This document shows, piece after piece, positions 40,678 to 49,978 of a DNA stretch of 64,000 bases. This DNA comes from Candidatus Multivoradales bacterium. GTDB taxonomy: Bacteria; Acidobacteriota; Thermoanaerobaculia; Multivoradales; J023. The notes beneath the pieces were generated by a model. That model did no database searches and was not told where the DNA came from. It worked only from the letters and a program-made list of their open reading frames with translations. The stretch's first letter is position 1. Each line of letters starts with the position of its first letter. The stretch spans positions 3,232,001-3,296,000 of the forward strand of contig CBDFLE010000006.1 in assembly GCA_965248925.1 (NCBI GenBank). The letters are read 5' to 3'. The position numbers and the translations under genes are program-made.

Positions 40678-42270
40678 ATGGACCGTGTGGATCTATGGCA
40701 CCGCTATCGGCAGTACCTGTGGGCCGATTCTGAACTCGGCTTGCGCCTCGATATCAGCAGAATGCATTTTGCCGCGGACTTTTTCGACCGCCATCGGCAG
40801 CGGGTCGATCGCGCTTTCGTCGCCATGGCAGCGCTAGAGGGCGGGCAGATAGCCAATCCCGACGAAGATCGCCAAGTTGGACACTATTGGCTGCGGAATC
40901 CGCAGTTGGCCCCGAGTGTCGAGATCCGCGCCGCGATCACCGATTCGTTGACCCAGGTGCGGCAGTTCGCTGCCGCGGTTCATCAGGGGCTACTAGCGCC
41001 CTCGACGGGTGCGAAATTCACCGATCTATTGATCATTGGTATCGGTGGTTCCGCCCTCGGGCCGCAGCTCGCCGCTGATGCCTTGGGCGAGCCGGCGGCA
41101 GATCGACTGCATCCCCATTTCTTCGACAACACCGATCCTGACGGCCAAGCGCGGGTGCTCGGCGGCCTTGGCGCGCGTTTGGCGAGCACTTTGGTGTTGG
41201 TGATCTCCAAGTCAGGCGGAACCGCTGAGACCCGCAACGGCATGCTTGCCGCTCGTGCTGCCTGGGCTGCTCGCGGGCTTGAGTTCGCCCGTCAGGCGGT
41301 GGCGGTGACCGGCGCCGGCTCGCGGCTCGATCAGCTGGCCCAAGAGGAGGGGTGGTTGGAGCGTTTCCCGATGTGGGATTGGGTGGGTGGCCGCACCAGC
41401 GAGACTTGCGTCGTCGGCCTGCTGCCGGCGGCTCTGCAAGGTATCGATATAGATGCCCTGCTGGCCGGAGCGGCTGCCTGCGACCAGCGAACCCGAGTGG
41501 CTGATGCGACTCGCAATCCGGCAGCATTGCTCGCTCTAATGTGGTTGCATGCGACCGGTGGTCGCGGCGAGCGCGACATGGTAGTGCTGCCCTACAAGGA
41601 TCGCCTGCTGCTCTTCAGCCGCTATCTCCAGCAGCTGGTCATGGAGTCCTTGGGCAAGGGTACAGATCTGCAGGGCAACTCGGTCGAGCAAGGTATCGCG
41701 GTCTATGGCAACAAGGGTTCGACCGATCAGCATGCCTACGTGCAGCAATTGCGTGAGGGGGTGAACAACTTCTTCGTCACTTTTATCGAAGTGCTCGAAG
41801 AGGGCGGCGAGCCGCTCGAAGTTGAGCCGGGGGTGACCCGTGGGGACTACCTGCGGGGATTCCTCTACGGCACTCGTCAGGCTTTGAGTGACAATGGCAG
41901 AGAGTCGATCACCCTCACCGTCGATCGGGTCGATGCCTACTCCTTGGGAGTGTTGATCGCTTTGTTCGAGCGCGCCGTGGGGCTCTACGCTAGTCTGGTG
42001 GGGATCAACGCATACCACCAGCCGGGAGTCGAAGCGGGTAAGAAGGCAGCCGCCGAGGTGCTCGACTTGCAGTCTCGCGCGGTGGCTCACCTGCGTGCTG
42101 CCAATGCGTCTCTGACTGTCGAGGAGCTGGCCACGGAGCTCGGCGAGACCGACCGCATCGAGACCCTTTTCCAAGTACTCGAAGCGTTGTGCGCCAACCG
42201 TCGTGAGGTCGCATGCGAGCCTGGCAAGACCTCTTTCGATGGCCGCTTCCGGGCCCTGGCTCGTCGGTGA
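40678..42270 (+). CDS. pgi: Glucose-6-phosphate isomerase
   Basis: [45 protein letters not shown]. Confidence 0.96.
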   Translation: MDRVDLWHRYRQYLWADSELGLRLDISRMHFAADFFDRHRQRVDRAFVAMAALEGGQIANPDEDRQVGHYWLRNPQLAPSVEIRAAITDSLTQVRQFAAAVHQGLLAPSTGAKFTDLLIIGIGGSALGPQLAADALGEPAADRLHPHFFDNTDPDGQARVLGGLGARLASTLVLVISKSGGTAETRNGMLAARAAWAARGLEFARQAVAVTGAGSRLDQLAQEEGWLERFPMWDWVGGRTSETCVVGLLPAALQGIDIDALLAGAAACDQRTRVADATRNPAALLALMWLHATGGRGERDMVVLPYKDRLLLFSRYLQQLVMESLGKGTDLQGNSVEQGIAVYGNKGSTDQHAYVQQLREGVNNFFVTFIEVLEEGGEPLEVEPGVTRGDYLRGFLYGTRQALSDNGRESITLTVDRVDAYSLGVLIALFERAVGLYASLVGINAYHQPGVEAGKKAAAEVLDLQSRAVAHLRAANASLTVEELATELGETDRIETLFQVLEALCANRREVACEPGKTSFDGRFRALARR

Positions 42271-42310
42271 GCGACGCTGCCAAATGCAACGACATAATGC
42301 GAGCAGCGGA

Positions 42311-42628
42311 ATGGATGATCTAGAATTTACCCCGACCGAAGAGAAGTTCTTTAAGGCGTGTTACGCCCCCGCGGTGACTCGACGGCGACAGCGGCGGGTT
42401 CTGATGGCGGGTCTCGTGGCTCTTATATCGCCAGCCGTGATCGGATTCCGCTCACAGTCGTGGCCGTGGGTGGCGGGACTCATGATGAGCTACGTGGTCC
42501 TCACTATTTGGGAAAAGAACGCCTATGGGAATGGCGTTCTGGTTTACAAGTCTGTGGTGCGGAAGATCCAGTCGCGCCTAGAAGAGAGTGAAGCTGCGGC
42601 AACACAATCGCAGAGTAAGGCAGACTAG
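42311..42628 (+). CDS. Small two-TM hypothetical protein
   Basis: Two hydrophobic segments; start uncertain (42284 or 42311). Confidence 0.6.
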   Translation: MDDLEFTPTEEKFFKACYAPAVTRRRQRRVLMAGLVALISPAVIGFRSQSWPWVAGLMMSYVVLTIWEKNAYGNGVLVYKSVVRKIQSRLEESEAAATQSQSKAD

Positions 42629-42856
42629 GGTCTTTCCGCCGGCCTTAGCCGAACACCGGCCGCCATGCCGCAGCGCCGCTCTCTCCAGCTAAGTCAAGAG
42701 GAGGTGCCACGGTCTTCTCGGATGGTAGACTTCCGGCTACCCGCCGATTTCATTCGAGGGGTCAAGTTTGTCGATGGAATCCGAGAAGACAGGATCGCCG
42801 CCTGATGCTCCGTACACAACTCTTGACGATAACTCCCGAGCGGGTGGTAGAGCGCC

Positions 42857-42912
42857 AGCCTGGCAACAAGCCACCTTTCGACGGCCGCTACCGGGCCTTG
42901 GTCGACGGTTGA
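42857..42912 (+). repeat. Degenerate duplicate of the pgi 3' end
   Basis: PGNKPPFDGRYRALVDG* versus pgi [16 protein letters not shown] (42218-42270). Confidence 0.7.
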
Positions 42913-42918
42913 TCGAAG

Positions 42919-43746
42919 ATGCGGCTCGGCCCTTTGAAGATTCGCTGGTCAGGCGACGTAGTTGCCGAGCCATCGGTCGAGCCCGCCCCCGCCGCTGCCG
43001 GCACCTTGATCTTTCAATGCAACATCTGCGGCACTGAGCAGCATTGCCGGCTCGGGGAGTTGCGCCGCGACCAGGCCTCGTGCTCGGTCTGCGCTTCGAC
43101 CGGTCGTTGGCGGGCGGTGGTCGACACCCTGACCCGTGAGCTATTCGGACAATCGATCAACCTGCCGGAGCTGCCCTCGCGACCCGACCTGCGCGGCCTC
43201 GGCATCGGCGACTGGCCGGGCTATGCCGAGGTTCTGGCGGCCAAGACCGACTACCGCAACACCTTCTTCGAACGGCAACCGCGGCTCGACATTCACCAGG
43301 TCGACGAAAAGCTCTTCCGGCACTTCGACTATCTGGTGTCGAGCGATGTCTTCGAACACGTCGACCCGCCGATCGAGGCAGCCTTCGCCAACGCCTGCCG
43401 GCTGCTACGCCCGGGCGGGGTCTTCGTGCTCACCGTGCCCTACGGACTCGTCGGTCCGACCCTAGAGCACTTTCCCGACCTTCACGACTACTGCCTGGTC
43501 GAGCGCGCCGGCCGCCAAGTGCTCGAGAATCGCACTCGCCAGGGTGAGCTCCAGATCTTTGAAGAGTTGGTTTTCCACGGTGGCTACGGCAACACTTTGG
43601 AGCTGCGCTGCTTCAGCTTGCCGGCGTTGCGCCAGCAGCTCCTGGAGGTTGGCTTCAGCGAAGTCCAGGTCTACGACCGGCCGGTTTTCGAGCACGGCAT
43701 CTACTGGCCGGAAGGCATGTCGCATCCCTTGGTTGCGCGGCGCTAG
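42919..43746 (+). CDS. Methyltransferase domain protein with N-terminal Zn ribbon
   Basis: CNIC..CSVC; FDYLVSSDVFEHV; RLLRPGGVFVLTVP. Confidence 0.82.
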   Translation: MRLGPLKIRWSGDVVAEPSVEPAPAAAGTLIFQCNICGTEQHCRLGELRRDQASCSVCASTGRWRAVVDTLTRELFGQSINLPELPSRPDLRGLGIGDWPGYAEVLAAKTDYRNTFFERQPRLDIHQVDEKLFRHFDYLVSSDVFEHVDPPIEAAFANACRLLRPGGVFVLTVPYGLVGPTLEHFPDLHDYCLVERAGRQVLENRTRQGELQIFEELVFHGGYGNTLELRCFSLPALRQQLLEVGFSEVQVYDRPVFEHGIYWPEGMSHPLVARR

Positions 43747-44477
43747 GTAAGTGTGACGAGGTGTTTCGTAGCGCTTCTTCCGCCCGCCGCTTTCTCCGCC
43801 GCGGCCGGCGGTCCGATCATCAACACAAACTCACCTTTCAGTGATGGGCGCTTTTCGAGGGTCGCTCGCAGCTCACTCAGGCTGGCGCGTAGCACTTCTT
43901 CGTGCAGCTTGGTGAGTTCGCGGGCCACGGCCGCTGGGCGGTCGCCGAAAATGGCCTCGGCGTCGCTCAGGCTGGCGAGCAGGCGGTGGGGTGATTCGTA
44001 AAACACCAAGGTGTGCGGTAGATCGGCGTAGCGAGCATAGAAGCGCTGCCGCTTGCCGCTCTTGGGTGGCGGAAAACCGGCGAAGGTGAAGGCATGGGTC
44101 GGCAAGCCTGAGACCACCAAGGCGGCAAGCAAGGCCGAGGGCCCCGGAATGGGCTCGATGCGGCAGCCGAGTTCGATGGCGGTCTGCACCAGCGGATAGC
44201 CGGGGTCTGAGAGCAGTGGCGTGCCAGCATCACTGAGCAGGGCTATCGTCGAGCCTTGCTCCAACAGACTCCTCAGCTGTGGCAGGCGGCGGCGTTCGTT
44301 GTGCTCGTGCAACGAAACCAGGCGTTGGCGGATACCCAAGTGGGCCAGCAGCCGGCCGCTGTGGCGAGTGTCTTCGCAGGCCACCAAGTCGGCCTGCTTC
44401 AGGGCCTCTTGGGCACGGGGTGAGATGTCGTCGAGATTGCCGATCGGCGAGCTGACGATTAGGAGCTTTCCAGGCAT
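43743..44477 (-). CDS. rsmI: 16S rRNA (cytidine1402-2'-O)-methyltransferase
   Basis: PIGNLDDIS, ACEDTR, SDAGTP, FYESPHR, ARELTKLHEE. Confidence 0.96.
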   Translation of the reverse strand: MPGKLLIVSSPIGNLDDISPRAQEALKQADLVACEDTRHSGRLLAHLGIRQRLVSLHEHNERRRLPQLRSLLEQGSTIALLSDAGTPLLSDPGYPLVQTAIELGCRIEPIPGPSALLAALVVSGLPTHAFTFAGFPPPKSGKRQRFYARYADLPHTLVFYESPHRLLASLSDAEAIFGDRPAAVARELTKLHEEVLRASLSELRATLEKRPSLKGEFVLMIGPPAAAEKAAGGRSATKHLVTLT

Positions 44478-44509
44478 GGGCGGAGAGGCGGCGATGCTAG
44501 CATGCAAGG

Positions 44510-45217
44510 GTGCGGTGGTTCACACTCATGGTTCTCTCAAGCGCCCTCTGGGTCGGTCTGCCATTGCCTCAGGTGGCTGCTGAGCTAACGCTTCGCGACC
44601 GTATCGTGGCAGTGGTCGATGAAGACCCGATCTACCTTTCGGACATCGAACGGACGCTCAGTCTGAGACTTTTCACAGAGATCGGTGACGAGACACCGCG
44701 CCAGCGTCGCCGCCGGGTTCTCGATTGGCTGATCGAGGTTCGCCTGCGCCAGCACCGGGTCGATCGCTACCGCCTCTCGCCCCTGCCGCCGGAGCGGGTC
44801 GAGCGTTTTTTCGAGCAGCTCAGAAGCGGTTTCGACAGCCCCGAGTCCTTCGCTCTTGCCGTCGAGGAAGGTGGTTTGGACGAGCAAGCGGTGCGGCAGA
44901 TTCTGCTCGGCCTGTTGCGGGTAGAGCAGTACATCGATGAACGGCTGCTGCCGCGGATCTTTGTCGACCTCGACGATATCCGGGCCTACTACGATGGCGA
45001 GCTGACCGCCGAACTCGCTCAGCGTGGTCTCGAGCCAGAGCCGATCGAGGAGGTACGTGAGCGGATTCGTGATCTGCTGCGTGACAAGCGGCTCAACGCC
45101 GAGATCGACGATTGGACTGAGGAGCTGCGTCAAGCGGCGGATATCGAAGACTTTTTTGATCGCCGCTTGGGTGACGATCTGCCGCCGGTCCTGCGCCGGC
45201 TAGAGTCGCCGCGCTGA
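44510..45217 (+). CDS. SurA N-terminal-like exported chaperone
   Basis: Signal peptide; DRIVAVVDEDPI..SD; IEEVRERIRDLL; WTEELRQAADI. Confidence 0.75.
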   Translation: MRWFTLMVLSSALWVGLPLPQVAAELTLRDRIVAVVDEDPIYLSDIERTLSLRLFTEIGDETPRQRRRRVLDWLIEVRLRQHRVDRYRLSPLPPERVERFFEQLRSGFDSPESFALAVEEGGLDEQAVRQILLGLLRVEQYIDERLLPRIFVDLDDIRAYYDGELTAELAQRGLEPEPIEEVRERIRDLLRDKRLNAEIDDWTEELRQAADIEDFFDRRLGDDLPPVLRRLESPR

Positions 45218-45238
45218 GCGCCTAGATTTCGGCGGCGA
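45202..45238 (+). repeat. Left 37-bp direct repeat (attL-like)
   Basis: agagtcgccgcgctgagcgcctagatttCggcggcga; matches 53583-53619 with one mismatch. Confidence 0.9.
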
Positions 45239-45496
45239 AAGTCTGCCGCCTGAGCACGAGGCCTGAACGGCCTGCGGCGGGGATGCTCCGCCGTCTTCGG
45301 CTGTACCGCTTTTGCGCTCGCCTGTAGCCCCTGCCTCGTACTTGAAGACTCTCCTCAAGCACCTCCGCCGCTCACCACTGGTTGGGTACCGCGGGCTCGG
45401 CAACCAGCGAAGCCTCTCTTGCCGCGATAATCGACGGCGTAGGCGGGCATTGGCGGCAATCACGTCCGTGAGTGACCTGCTGCATGGGAGATCTAA

Positions 45497-45568
45497 GTGA
45501 ACGACAGGAAGGACATGAAAGACCGCTCGGCGCTGAACTATGGGGCGTTTATCATCCCAGAAGGATAG
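45497..45568 (+). CDS. Small peptide ORF 3 (23 aa), ends YGAFIIPEG
   Basis: GGGAG RBS + GTG (alternative ATG 45515 with AGGAAGG); MNDRKDMKDRSALNYGAFIIPEG; stop 1 nt from the convergent TPR gene stop. Confidence 0.55.
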   Translation: MNDRKDMKDRSALNYGAFIIPEG

Positions 45569-45569
45569 T

Positions 45570-46894
45570 TCACAGGGATGGGCGGAGACCGAGATGCCGC
45601 CCATCCACAACTTTGGCTCGGATCGAGTCCAACATCTTGAGGGTCATCTTGCCGGACACTGACGCCAGCTGGAGTCGCTTGAGTGCCTCGGCCGTCGCCC
45701 GGTTGGAATCGAGAGAGTCGACGAGGGGGATCGTCTGAGCTGCGGCCCGCACCGCTTGTTCCGTCTTCCCGTCCGTTAGCAGCGTTTCGACTCTATTCAG
45801 AACCAAAAACGCTGAGTCGAATGGGTTGATAGGCGCCAGGATATCGGCACCCTTCTCAAAAAAGGCGGCTGCTTCGGCTCTTTCACCCTTTGCAAGCCAC
45901 CAGCTTCCAATCGCTCCATTGAGCATGCCCATAGAGTACAAGTCTCCGGCCGGCAAGTTCAAAGACACGGTTGTTAGCGCGGACCACGCTTCGTCGATTA
46001 GCCCCTTCTTGATGTAAGCTTTCGCCAACGCGAGATTTGCTGAGGCAGTCAAACGCTTGGGATGAGATCGAAGGCGTGGCAAGACTGACAAGAGCAGCGC
46101 GAGGCCAGAGTCATATTCCTCCGCAAAGAGCATGCCTATTGCTTCGGCGAGATCGAGCCTTGAGTACGCTGAAGCTGGAAGTTCTAGAGATCTCACAGCG
46201 GAGAGGGTCCTTGAGACACTCCCAGACTCATCACAAGTCATCAGCAGGTATATTGATCGGATAGTCAAATCCAACCGTGTCTCGATCTGGAAATCCCTGA
46301 GCACCGAGAAAGCCAACAGTAATGACCGCGCTGCAATGTGCGGTGAGGCGCCAATGCGGCAGCAGGAGCTGAGTACCCCGGTCGCCCGAGAGAAGACTTC
46401 AAGAGCGCCCGGCCCCTGCAGGGTGGGTGCTACATGCAGTGGGCCACTGCCAATGCCTGTCGGGCTGCTGGCCAGGGCTTGCTGTGCCGCAACTCATCGG
46501 CCTCTTTGATCACGCTTAGATGACCAGTGACCGACTCAGCAAAGCCGGTGTCCCCAGGCCGGCTCACTAACCTGTGGGCAACCCCTTTCAAGTCTGAGAT
46601 TTCCGGCGGATCCGACATGCCAGGTGGCAGCAATGCTTCGAGGTAGCCCTCCACGCCTCCGCCCGCGCACCTATTGGCCAGCTCGCTGAAGCTCAGATTG
46701 ATGGTGCCAAGAATCTCCAGTAGTTGCTTGAACGAGGGGTTCATCTTGCCAGCTAGTAGCTTTGGCAAATAGGACCGCGAAACTCCCATTCTGTGCCCAA
46801 GTTCGCGCACGCTGAGCGGATGTCTCCGGATGTGCGCTCTCAGCGCGTCGAGAACTCGTAGATACTCTTCGTTGGCGCGGTTTCCCATGATCAT
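45570..46894 (-). pseudogene. XRE HTH + TPR regulator split by a frameshift near 46430-46494
   Basis: HTH SVRELGHRMGVSRSYLPKLLAG in 46430-46894; TPR frame open from about 46494 to 45570. Confidence 0.7.
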
Positions 46895-47179
46895 CCCTTC
46901 CCAGATGGATAGTTAACCGCACCAGAGTAACTGAAAAAGCCGCTAAATCTCTCTATCTGACCATTTTTCCCGCGCTTTTCTAAAGACTGTCCCCTGTGAG
47001 TCTACTGCTGACCGCAAAAAGTATGACTGAGAGTAGACACTTGACCCTCTCAGGGTATGCCCCAGAGACTTGACGGTATAGCAGGCGGGTACCCAGTGCA
47101 CCGTCAGGGCAAGATTCGCGATTATTGGTCAATTTCACCCACCCTGCCCTAGGCTTCTCCCACCCCAAGTGGAGCCCCG

Positions 47180-47361
47180 ATGACCGACGACCAAATCCAA
47201 GCCGCCTTGAGCCCCCTACGCGGCTGGCGATCACCCCGCGAATCGTCATCGTTGGCCGGCGGCTCAGCGTCCAGATCGGGCCACGACCCCCGGCCAGCCT
47301 GACCCAGCGACATTTCGAATATGCCCACTCCCTCGACCTCCCATGCGGATCCGGCGGATAA
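47180..47361 (+). pseudogene. Internally deleted pterin-carbinolamine dehydratase-like remnant
   Basis: MTDDQIQAALSPLRGW, then a frame switch to ...SLTQRHFEYAHSLD. Confidence 0.45.
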
Positions 47362-47387
47362 ACCCTAAGGCCGCCGGAGCCTTCCCA

Positions 47388-47430
47388 CCTCCGGGCCGGG
47401 CCTCTCTCCCGGCCCGGAGGCTCTTTTTTC
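47388..47430 (+). terminator. Rho-independent terminator
   Basis: 13-bp perfect stem cctccgggccggg/cccggcccggagg, 7-nt loop, then ctctttttt. Confidence 0.8.
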
Positions 47431-47462
47431 ACCAGGTCAAGACACTCACCAGGAGAACAGCA

Positions 47463-47774
47463 ATGAAACCAGAACGCATCCAACTCGGCTTAAAGGGCCT
47501 GGTCCGCTGGCGTCAACCCAGTACCGCGGACCAGGTCATCAGCCGCCAGATCGGCCTCGCCAACTTCACCAGCGCCAGCGACCTGCTGCGCAAGAGCCTA
47601 GTGCTGGCCAAGAGGCTGGAGATGCCGCTCGATCTGCACCTCCAAGGCAGCACCTTGAAAGTGCGCCTGCCCTGTGCTCCCGAAACCGAACTCACCGAGC
47701 GCCACCTCTCCCTGGCCCGCGCCATCGAGAGCCTCGCCGCCGAGGTAGAGCAGCGGGCACCCCGCCATGGATAG
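47463..47774 (+). CDS. PCD/DCoH-fold-like small protein
   Basis: RBS AGGAG; MKPERIQ..L..W...ISRQ..LANF....LTERHLSLARAIE; lacks the catalytic HH. Confidence 0.6.
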   Translation: MKPERIQLGLKGLVRWRQPSTADQVISRQIGLANFTSASDLLRKSLVLAKRLEMPLDLHLQGSTLKVRLPCAPETELTERHLSLARAIESLAAEVEQRAPRHG

Positions 47775-48186
47775 CGGGACAGAGCAGCTAGACGACCTTG
47801 AGCTGCGCGCGCTGTTGCGCCAGGTCGCCTCTCAAGTCACCGGTGCCTCCCTGCGCTTGGAGCATTCCTGGATCGTGGCGCGGGCCAAGCTCCAAGTGAC
47901 CCCCAGGACCTCCACCGGAGACCTTGCCGGCAGCTTCCTGGCGAGCCTCAACCGCTGCTACCTGGAGCCCGCATCCGCCATTCTCTGGTTCGTCGACAAA
48001 GTTCTCGACTCGGGCCGTGGTGGTCAGCGGCAAGCCGAGCAGTTTCTGCGCACCCTGGCCGAGCGACACCCCATCCCAAGGCACGGGCAGCGCCGCTGCG
48101 AAGCCATGGACCAGCTGGCCAACACCCTCACGCAATGTGCCCTCGAAACAGCTCTGGTCGCCAGCCAAGTCAATGACCGCCGGTGA
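47767..48186 (+). CDS. Hypothetical protein
   Basis: ATG overlapping the previous stop; 139 aa, helical. Confidence 0.55.
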   Translation: MDSGTEQLDDLELRALLRQVASQVTGASLRLEHSWIVARAKLQVTPRTSTGDLAGSFLASLNRCYLEPASAILWFVDKVLDSGRGGQRQAEQFLRTLAERHPIPRHGQRRCEAMDQLANTLTQCALETALVASQVNDRR

Positions 48187-48280
48187 GATTTTTCGACGCC
48201 CGTTGTAACGAAGCCATCCCATTTACGCCTATAGATACTGAAGCGACCGAAACCCGTGTCCGCGAAAGGAGCAAACCCCA

Positions 48281-48514
48281 ATGCCGAGCCATCACCTCCC
48301 TCTTGCCCTACCGGTTCTTCTACTCACCGCCCTGCTCACCCTGCCATCCCCAACCCAGGCTCTCGACCTGACCTTCGACAGTCACGCGGCCACCGCCGCC
48401 GGCCTGGCGGCCGACACCCCGGTGGCCGATATCGAGTGCTGGTGGCTATGGGCTGCACCCTCGATCGCGAGGCGTTCACAAGCGCGCACGAAAACACAAC
48501 CCGCTGAACCCTAA
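48281..48514 (+). CDS. Small secreted hypothetical protein
   Basis: RBS AAAGGAG; signal peptide ending TQA-L. Confidence 0.55.
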   Translation: MPSHHLPLALPVLLLTALLTLPSPTQALDLTFDSHAATAAGLAADTPVADIECWWLWAAPSIARRSQARTKTQPAEP

Positions 48515-48655
48515 GGAGGAAACATGAAATGCGCTGACCAGCCTTAGGCGCTCCTTGTAAGTCCGTAGAAAAGCAAGCCGAGATCTGCTAGCGTTTCCCT
48601 CGCTATCTGATTTCGCGCTAGATGGACCGCGATAAACTCCCAATTGGAGGCATGA

Positions 48656-49297
48656 ATGATGAAAGTACTCCCTACCCTGGCCGCGATCCTCGGCCTTCTC
48701 TTCTCCACGATCGCCGCCGCGCAGCAAGTCGCCGGTGAGCTTCCAGATCTTTCGTACAAGTACGATAAGCAAGAAATCCCCAAGCATATTCTTCTGCATC
48801 AGTTCCTTTTCACTCTTCCAGCTTACTTCGAGCAAAAGGAAACATCTGATCTTTTGCTACAGAAGATCAATCTAGAAGATCCCCGAGCGGCTTCGATTCT
48901 CCGCGCCGCAGCCGACAGATATCTAGACATCGTAACCGGCGGTCACCCATTGATCGTGCGTGACATCCAAGAGGATGATGGCTCAACATCGGTCTTGAAA
49001 TATGGTGATTCCAGCGCACCCAAGCCTGTTGAGTTGGCCGGATTGGAGGGAGCCGCCTTGACGCAAGCCAGTCACGAACTCGAGCTAGACCGGGTGCGAC
49101 ACCTGGCTGAGATCTATGCAAGTCTGGCTCAGGATCTAAGGACCATCGGTCTTGACACTCGTGGGATTGATACCTACCTCGACAAAGAACTGCGGCCTAA
49201 TACTACCATGGTCAGCGACAAGCCTTTTCGCGAGGGCAGCTCGGCGTGGGAAATCGCTCAGACATTCGAACTTCATCTAGCGACCCAAGAGCGCTGA
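48656..49297 (+). CDS. Secreted hypothetical protein
   Basis: RBS GGAGG; signal peptide ending AAA-Q. Confidence 0.7.
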   Translation: MMKVLPTLAAILGLLFSTIAAAQQVAGELPDLSYKYDKQEIPKHILLHQFLFTLPAYFEQKETSDLLLQKINLEDPRAASILRAAADRYLDIVTGGHPLIVRDIQEDDGSTSVLKYGDSSAPKPVELAGLEGAALTQASHELELDRVRHLAEIYASLAQDLRTIGLDTRGIDTYLDKELRPNTTMVSDKPFREGSSAWEIAQTFELHLATQER

Positions 49298-49313
49298 GAA
49301 AAGGAGAACATCG

Positions 49314-49733
49314 ATGCATAAATTCCTTCTCATTTCTTTGTTGGTTCTTGCTCTCCCGACTGCCTCTCATTCCATCAGTATTGTTGTCACTGCCCATGCA
49401 GTAGCACCAACCTGCTCCATTGCCGTGAGAGTACAGTTCATCTACAGTGTATTCATCTCAGACGCTGACCCAGTGACATGGGAAAACGAGAGAATTAGGT
49501 GGCAGACCACTCACGACCTGTTCTACTGTGTCCCGCACGTAACCAGAAATATTAGCTTCTGTTGTGTAGGTGGTGGCAACAGTTCGTACCTGAACAACTC
49601 CCACGAGAACGTTCCATGCCCGGTTCGGGCCAGCTGCGAAACATTTGCGACGATTGGAGGTGGGCTGTTGCCGATCATCTCGGACTCTGATTTCAGCAGC
49701 TGCAGAGAACCGTGTTTGGATCCATTTTTCTGA
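49314..49733 (+). CDS. Secreted Cys-rich small protein
   Basis: RBS AAAGGAG; signal peptide; 8 Cys in the mature part. Confidence 0.7.
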   Translation: MHKFLLISLLVLALPTASHSISIVVTAHAVAPTCSIAVRVQFIYSVFISDADPVTWENERIRWQTTHDLFYCVPHVTRNISFCCVGGGNSSYLNNSHENVPCPVRASCETFATIGGGLLPIISDSDFSSCREPCLDPFF

Positions 49734-49789
49734 TTCTCTAGCAGACGCGACGCAAGCGGTCGGGCACTTCTTGCTCGGCCGCTGCCCCC

Positions 49790-49978
49790 GCCAGATGCGA
49801 TACCCACGATGTGCGGGTGACCTAGGTAGGCGACCGGCGGGTGGTGCGCCGGGGAAGGGTGGGCACCTCGGTGGCTGGCAACGGCAGCGTCAACCAAAGC
49901 CAGTTTGACACCGAGGAGATCTACGATGGCTACGGCCGGCTGGTGGGGGTAGCCGAGCCCACCGGTGGCCTGGTGGCC
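49790..49978 (+). repeat. ~190-bp degenerate copy of the internal RHS segment 51438-51628
   Basis: Shared cgccggggaagggtgggcac...ggcaacggcagcgtcaaccaaagccagtttg...gagatctacgatggctacggccg. Confidence 0.85.
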
